Assembly (NCBI GenBank): GCA_963643715.1
Contig: CAVILQ010000005.1
Coordinates: forward strand, 6,518 to 70,517
DNA: 64,000 bases
From: a bacterium
GTDB taxonomy: Bacteria; Bacillota_I; Bacilli_A; RFN20; CAG-288
Reading direction: 5' to 3'
The translations under genes and the position numbers were made by a program. This document shows positions 58,607 to 64,000 of this stretch, piece after piece. Under the pieces are notes generated by a model. The model was not told where the DNA came from. It worked only from the letters and a program-made list of their open reading frames with translations, and did not search any database. Each line of letters begins with the position of its first letter. Position 1 is the first letter of the stretch.

Positions 58607-59768
58607 TGCTGTCTACTTTCAATCCGGTGGTCCGACTAGTGTCATCAACACAACTTTCCTTGGCGTCTATGAGACTTTTCTATCTTATTCATCAAATGAG
58701 AAATTCTATGTTTCAAGGTACGGAATATCCTCTCTATTAGAAAACAATCTTGAAGAAGTAAAAGGAGATTATTCTTTCCTTCGCTTCGAGAACGGAGCTC
58801 ATTTTGGCTCACTTAGAAAACTTCTTCCTGAAGAAGAGGATGCTGTCATTGGAAAGACAATCGTCGATAATCTAGAGAAAAATCTTATCCGCTATGTCTT
58901 CATCAACGGTGGAAATGATTCAATGGATACTGCCTATAAGGTAGATAGATACTGCAAATACCATCACTATAAATGCTATGTCATTGGATTGCCGAAGACT
59001 ATCGATAATGACCTTTACGGATGCGATCATACTCCTGGATATGGAAGTGCTGCAAAGTTTGTCTGTAACTCTTTGCTAGCTATCACATATGACGAATACA
59101 GCTATAAGAAGGGAAAGATTCTTTTGGTTGAGACAATGGGAAGAGACTCCGGATATTTGGCAGCTTCTTCCATCTTGACTGCAGTGCGCGGAAAAAGACC
59201 GGACTACATATATGTTCCGGAAGTCACCTTCCATATCGATGCCTTCTTGGATAAAGCGATTAAGACCTATCAAGAAAAAGGCCATTGCATCATTGTCCTT
59301 AGTGAAGGAATCAAAGATGAAAACGGAAACCTGATCTCTTCAAAAGGAAAAAGTGACGCTTTTGGAAACAAAGTCCCCGGCGGAGTCGGAAATTATCTAG
59401 CCTCTCTTATCTCAGAAAAAGGATATCCGTCTCGCTGTGTTGAATTCAATACATTACAGCGTTCTGCTAGTTTCATGATTTCGAAAACCGATAGTGATGA
59501 AGCGTATGAAGTAGGAAAGGTAGCGTTCCTTTCTGCTTATGAACAGAAGACCGGAATGATGGTATCTTTAAAGAGAATATCGTCTTCTCCTTATGTGATG
59601 GAATATCCGTTGATTGACCTTTCTCTGTCGAGAAGAAAAGCCTCTTCCATGCCAAAAGAATATATCAATGAGACAGAAGATAACATCAATGATTCCTTCA
59701 TCGAATATGTCAAGCCGCTTGTTGTAGGCAATGTTGATTCTTTGAAGGATGACGGACTTTTAGCCTAG
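58575..59768 (+). CDS. pfkA: 6-phosphofructokinase (PFK-A family, probably a PPi-dependent subtype)
   Basis: It carries GGPTSVINTT, GGNDSMDTA, PKTIDNDL and MGRDSGYLA. Confidence 0.8.
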   Translation: MMTLKHPLEGNAVYFQSGGPTSVINTTFLGVYETFLSYSSNEKFYVSRYGISSLLENNLEEVKGDYSFLRFENGAHFGSLRKLLPEEEDAVIGKTIVDNLEKNLIRYVFINGGNDSMDTAYKVDRYCKYHHYKCYVIGLPKTIDNDLYGCDHTPGYGSAAKFVCNSLLAITYDEYSYKKGKILLVETMGRDSGYLAASSILTAVRGKRPDYIYVPEVTFHIDAFLDKAIKTYQEKGHCIIVLSEGIKDENGNLISSKGKSDAFGNKVPGGVGNYLASLISEKGYPSRCVEFNTLQRSASFMISKTDSDEAYEVGKVAFLSAYEQKTGMMVSLKRISSSPYVMEYPLIDLSLSRRKASSMPKEYINETEDNINDSFIEYVKPLVVGNVDSLKDDGLLA

Positions 59769-59832
59769 CGTTTTTGATGAAAAGCCTCTTGAAATGTTTT
59801 ATCATATAGAGGCTTTTTTTGAGGTTCTAATT

Positions 59833-62676
59833 ATGAGTGATAACTATAGAGACTATATTGTTGTAAAAGGCGCAAGAGAGAACAATCTGAAGAATGTATC
59901 AGTTACAATCCCTAAGAATTCCTTAGTGGTTTTCTCAGGCGTTTCTGGAAGTGGTAAATCGACACTTGCTTTCGATACGATCTTTGCCGAAGGACAAAGA
60001 AGATATGTAGAGTCCCTGTCCTCTTATGCGAGAATGTTTTTAGGTGACTTTTCAAAACCGGATGTCGATAGCATTGATGGACTTTCACCTGCTATCTCAA
60101 TCGACCAGAAGACAACATCTCATAATCCTAGATCAACAGTAGGAACCGTTACGGAAATCTATGATTATCTTAGATTGCTTTATGCAAGAATCGGTGTTCC
60201 ATATTGTCCTCATCATCACATTCCGATTCAGGCCTCATCCCTGCAGCAGATTTATAATGCTATAAGAAATAATCCGGATGGAAGCAAAATCACAGTCTAT
60301 GCCCCTGTTGTTCAAAACGAAAAAGGAACACATCAGGCAACGCTAAGCAAATTCTTCAACCAAGGATATTCGAGAATCAAGATTGATGATAAGCCTCTAA
60401 CACGTTATGATGAAATTCCGGTATTGGACAAGAACTACAAACATACCATTTCTTTTGCGATTGATAGACTTATCCTTAATGATGAGAATAAGGATCGACT
60501 TTTTGATTCGCTTAGAACCGCACTTGATTTTGCAAAAGGATATGTCACTATCGATGTGGAAGGAACCGAGACTCTTTACAGTGAACATCAGTCTTGTCCG
60601 ATCTGCGGTTTTTCTGTTCCTCCTCTTGAACCGAGACTCTTCTCATTCAATAATCCGTTGGGATGCTGTCCGGATTGCAACGGCTTAGGTGTCAGGATTG
60701 AAGCGGACCCCGAAAAGATGATTGCCGATCCAACTAAGTCGATTGAAGACGGTGCTATTGCCTGTCTTCCTAAGAAAAATCACGATACGATTGAATGGAA
60801 TGATTTCTATGCTGTCTTAGATAAATATAAGATTTCAACCAAAACACCTTTCAATAAGCTTTCTCAGAAACAGAGAGACGTTGTAATCTATGGGCCGAAA
60901 GAACCGGTCAAATACATCTATGAGACTTCATCCGGTTCTAAAATCGTCAAGAATGTTACGGAAGGATTGAAAGCTAGAATCGATCGTCTCTATATGACGA
61001 CAAAGTCTGAATGGATGAAGAGCTATTATGCCGGATTCATGACGGAAGTTCAGTGTCCGACATGTCATGGTGCTAGATTGAACGAGACAGTCTTGTCCAT
61101 TCGAATTGAAGGTAAGAACATCAATGAACTCTGCTCGATGTCCTTATCTAAGATTTATCAGTTCTTTTTGAATTTGGAACTTACACCGATGCAACATAAA
61201 ATCGCTGACCTCATCATCAATGAAGTCAAGAATCGATTGAAATTCCTTATTGATGTCGGTTTGGATTATCTTACTTTATCAAGAGAGGCTTCTACGTTAT
61301 CCGGCGGAGAAGCGCAGAGAATCAGACTTGCCACTCAAATCGGTAGTAGACTGACTGGTGTTCTCTATGTTTTGGATGAACCTAGTATCGGTCTTCATCA
61401 AAGAGACAATGATAAACTGATCAAGACACTGAAAGAAATGCGTGATTTAGGAAACTCATTGATTGTTGTAGAACACGATGAAGATACCATTCTTTCCGCT
61501 GATTATGTTGTGGATATGGGACCCTATGCTGGTGACCATGGAGGAGAAGTTGTCTTCCAAGGCAGTGTAAAAGAATTGCTGGAAGACAAAAATTCACTTA
61601 CATCGGATTATCTTTCCGGACGTAAGATGATCCCGCTTCCTCCAAAGAGAAGAGAAGCAAAGAATTATCTGACAATCAAAAACGCTTATTGTCACAATCT
61701 CAAAAACATCGACGTCAAGATTCCGTTAGGCGAATTCGTGTGTGTGACTGGTGTATCTGGAAGTGGAAAATCTTCACTTATTGATCAAGTCCTTTATAAG
61801 ACCATAAAAAGTAAGCTTTTACTCACTGGTGAAAAGACAGAATGCGACGGAATCACGAATAGCAAATTGGTGACAAAGATCATCAATGTGTCCCAAGAAC
61901 CGATTGGCCGTACACCGCGAAGCAATCCTGCCACATATATCAAACTTTTTGATGATATAAGAGAAGTGTTTTCTAATACAAAAGACGCAAAAATGAAGGG
62001 AATGGATAAATCGATGTTCTCCTTCAACGTCAAAGGCGGAAGATGCGAGGCGTGTCAAGGCGCTGGTGTGAAGCGAATCTCGATGAACTTCCTTCCTGAT
62101 GTCTATGTGGAATGCGATGTCTGCCATGGAAAACGCTATACGGATGATGTTCTCTCTGTGTATTTCAAAGAAAAGAACATATCCGATGTCCTAGACATGC
62201 GTGCGGAAGAGGCTTTGACTTTCTTCTCCGCTTTCCCGAACATCAAGAAGAAACTGCAGACTCTTGTTGATGTCGGACTTGGTTACATTAAATTAGGACA
62301 GCCTTCTACTACTCTTTCCGGTGGAGAAGCACAGCGCGTTAAGTTAGCCTATGAATTAGAGAGACCAAGCGATGGTTCTACTCTCTATATTTTGGATGAA
62401 CCGACTACCGGACTTCATCCATATGATATCGAAAAGCTGATTCATGTCTTGAATCGTCTTGTTGATAATGGAAACTCTGTTGTCGTTATTGAACATAATC
62501 TGGATGTCATCAAATCAGCAGATTACATCATCGATTTAGGACCGGATGGCGGTGATGGCGGAGGCAATCTTGTATTTGAAGGAACACCGGATGAAATCAT
62601 CTCCTGTAAGGAATCCTATACAGGAGTCTATTTGGCAAGAGAATTAGAAAAGAAAAAGTATCATTCTGAAAAGTAA
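59833..62676 (+). CDS. uvrA: excinuclease ABC subunit A. Start refined to the ATG at 59833.
   Basis: The product MSDNYRDYIVVKGARENNLKNVSV... is colinear with UvrA. It has two ABC modules and zinc fingers (CPICGF, CEACQGAG). RBS GAGG lies upstream. Confidence 0.9.
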   Translation: MSDNYRDYIVVKGARENNLKNVSVTIPKNSLVVFSGVSGSGKSTLAFDTIFAEGQRRYVESLSSYARMFLGDFSKPDVDSIDGLSPAISIDQKTTSHNPRSTVGTVTEIYDYLRLLYARIGVPYCPHHHIPIQASSLQQIYNAIRNNPDGSKITVYAPVVQNEKGTHQATLSKFFNQGYSRIKIDDKPLTRYDEIPVLDKNYKHTISFAIDRLILNDENKDRLFDSLRTALDFAKGYVTIDVEGTETLYSEHQSCPICGFSVPPLEPRLFSFNNPLGCCPDCNGLGVRIEADPEKMIADPTKSIEDGAIACLPKKNHDTIEWNDFYAVLDKYKISTKTPFNKLSQKQRDVVIYGPKEPVKYIYETSSGSKIVKNVTEGLKARIDRLYMTTKSEWMKSYYAGFMTEVQCPTCHGARLNETVLSIRIEGKNINELCSMSLSKIYQFFLNLELTPMQHKIADLIINEVKNRLKFLIDVGLDYLTLSREASTLSGGEAQRIRLATQIGSRLTGVLYVLDEPSIGLHQRDNDKLIKTLKEMRDLGNSLIVVEHDEDTILSADYVVDMGPYAGDHGGEVVFQGSVKELLEDKNSLTSDYLSGRKMIPLPPKRREAKNYLTIKNAYCHNLKNIDVKIPLGEFVCVTGVSGSGKSSLIDQVLYKTIKSKLLLTGEKTECDGITNSKLVTKIINVSQEPIGRTPRSNPATYIKLFDDIREVFSNTKDAKMKGMDKSMFSFNVKGGRCEACQGAGVKRISMNFLPDVYVECDVCHGKRYTDDVLSVYFKEKNISDVLDMRAEEALTFFSAFPNIKKKLQTLVDVGLGYIKLGQPSTTLSGGEAQRVKLAYELERPSDGSTLYILDEPTTGLHPYDIEKLIHVLNRLVDNGNSVVVIEHNLDVIKSADYIIDLGPDGGDGGGNLVFEGTPDEIISCKESYTGVYLARELEKKKYHSEK

Positions 62677-62891
62677 GACGATGACATTTTGATGACAAGG
62701 CAAAGCTTTTGTCACGAAAATCGAGCAAAAGCCTAAAATTGACCTTAAAAAACGAATGAATAACAATCAGTCTTGAAGTACTTCTATGAAAGATGTGCTT
62801 CCATAATTTTTTGTATTGCTTTTCGTTTCTGGACGTGTATAATCAAATTACCAACAGATATCGAATATTTATGTGAGAAACGGAGGACTTT

Positions 62892-64000
62892 ATGAAAAGA
62901 ACAATCAAGTTTAATCTTGGTTTGGCAATGGTATCTATTTTGTGTACTCAGACAAATGCGATTAGCCTGTCTACTAATCAAAAGTTGATTACTAATCAGG
63001 TTAAGAGAGCATATAACATTAAAACAGATGATTACGATTATCCTTTGGACAAGGAAAACAAGTTTAAAGGGGTGAATGATAAATATGAGACCCAAAGTCC
63101 CTTAGACGATACTGAAGCTGAAATCTATAATGTATACATCGATGGGAGAAGAGAAAAAGTCAATACAGTTGAACGAATCAAAGAGAACGCTTCTTATTCT
63201 TTGTGCTCATCAAATGATTCCAACGATAACAATGACAGCTTTGAAACAGCAACTAATGTTTTTACTGTCACCGACAATGTGGGATTGAAGAAAAATCATA
63301 CTTCACTTAGTGGAATTATTAGCCAGAAAACTAGCGGGTGGGGTCCTTGGAAAAAGACTTATATCGATAAAGATTTTTTTCGATACGATGTCGTTGTCAC
63401 AGGAACATTGGAAATTGGAGTGGAAAATATACCATCCGGCTGTGATTATGATTTAAGAGTGTATAGAATGGCAAACACTAAGTATGCGTCAAGTAAGGAG
63501 AAGGATTTTGGTTCGTATACTTACATTAGTTCTTCAGGGGACAATAAAGATGAGCATTTGAAAATCAATGTTATGCCTGGAACGTATTATGCTGTAGTCT
63601 ACTCTTTTAATGATCTGACATGGAACAATAATCAATCTTATCGTATTTGGTTTGAGCAGCAATTAAATGAGAAACGTGACGATATTTATTATGATATAAG
63701 GCAAGGCAGAAAGAATGGCGATATTTGTGCAATGTGGATTAGTGACTATAAACCATTAGGCTATAATCCTCTTACGATGTCTACTGATAGTGCGAAAATC
63801 GAAATCGAAAATTATAAAACATCTCCATTTATATACTCATTGTCTGAAAACAATAAAGACAAAGATATTATGTATGCGTGCTTTTATGTTTGGGATTTAG
63901 GACTAAGAGCATCATTATATTATGTCTTGAACTCTTTCTTAGAATGCCTCAATAATAATTTCGAAAAATATAAGACGCTCTCTAATGTTAGTACTATATT
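62892..64000 (+). CDS. secreted protein with a PPC (bacterial pre-peptidase C-terminal)-like domain. It is partial and runs off the window end.
   Basis: RBS GGAGGA plus an ATG at 62892. A signal peptide is present. The PPC-like pattern reads NDNNDSFETATNV...DKDFFRYDVVVTGTLEIGVENIPSGCDYDLRVYRMAN. No stop codon occurs before position 64000. Confidence 0.55.
   Translation, partial: MKRTIKFNLGLAMVSILCTQTNAISLSTNQKLITNQVKRAYNIKTDDYDYPLDKENKFKGVNDKYETQSPLDDTEAEIYNVYIDGRREKVNTVERIKENASYSLCSSNDSNDNNDSFETATNVFTVTDNVGLKKNHTSLSGIISQKTSGWGPWKKTYIDKDFFRYDVVVTGTLEIGVENIPSGCDYDLRVYRMANTKYASSKEKDFGSYTYISSSGDNKDEHLKINVMPGTYYAVVYSFNDLTWNNNQSYRIWFEQQLNEKRDDIYYDIRQGRKNGDICAMWISDYKPLGYNPLTMSTDSAKIEIENYKTSPFIYSLSENNKDKDIMYACFYVWDLGLRASLYYVLNSFLECLNNNFEKYKTLSNVSTI

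Noticed and set aside
62784-63095. 103-aa minus-strand ORF
   Set aside because: It overlaps the RBS and start of a well-supported secreted PPC-domain gene on the plus strand. It has no RBS and its peptide is odd and low-complexity.

Overview
This is an AT-rich, low-GC chromosomal segment that looks Firmicutes-like, possibly Erysipelotrichia-like. It uses the standard genetic code, since TGA serves as a stop codon. I see no rRNA, tRNA, CRISPR array, transposase or integrase.

Housekeeping and metabolic genes:
- Ketopantoate reductase (partial).
- Methylglyoxal synthase.
- A sucrose module: a GH32 sucrose-6-phosphate hydrolase followed by a PfkB fructokinase.
- Enolase.
- A copA-copZ-csoR copper operon with a recognisable CsoR operator.
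- A PPi/ATP phosphofructokinase and UvrA.
- A NUDIX-Vsr gene pair.
- A YfhO-like membrane protein.

Accessory regions:
1. A roughly 8.5 kb island at about 4.4-13.0 kb. I consider this the most interesting part.
   - It encodes a 904-aa single-chain protein. Its two conserved segments align to the beta-like and beta'-like double-psi beta-barrel motifs of multisubunit RNA polymerases. This makes it a YonO/QDE-1-type two-barrel RNA polymerase with an unusual DYDSD catalytic loop.
   - It also encodes a cytosolic FtsH-like AAA+/M41 protease, a Vps4-like MIT-AAA ATPase, a SprT-like HExxH metallopeptidase and a membrane-anchored HNH nuclease.
   - Repeated non-coding motifs are shared by the gene leaders and gene 3' ends.
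2. A MoxR-DUF58-vWA-vWA operon led by a membrane protein with a polyanionic D/G/S tail.
3. Two paralogous lipoproteins of about 1050 aa, each built from eight repeats of roughly 125 aa.
4. A tandem pair of MacB-like ABC proteins followed by three large surface proteins (Flg_new repeats and a BspA-type LRR). Next to them are two tandem LytS/7TMR-DISM sensor kinases and a single response regulator.
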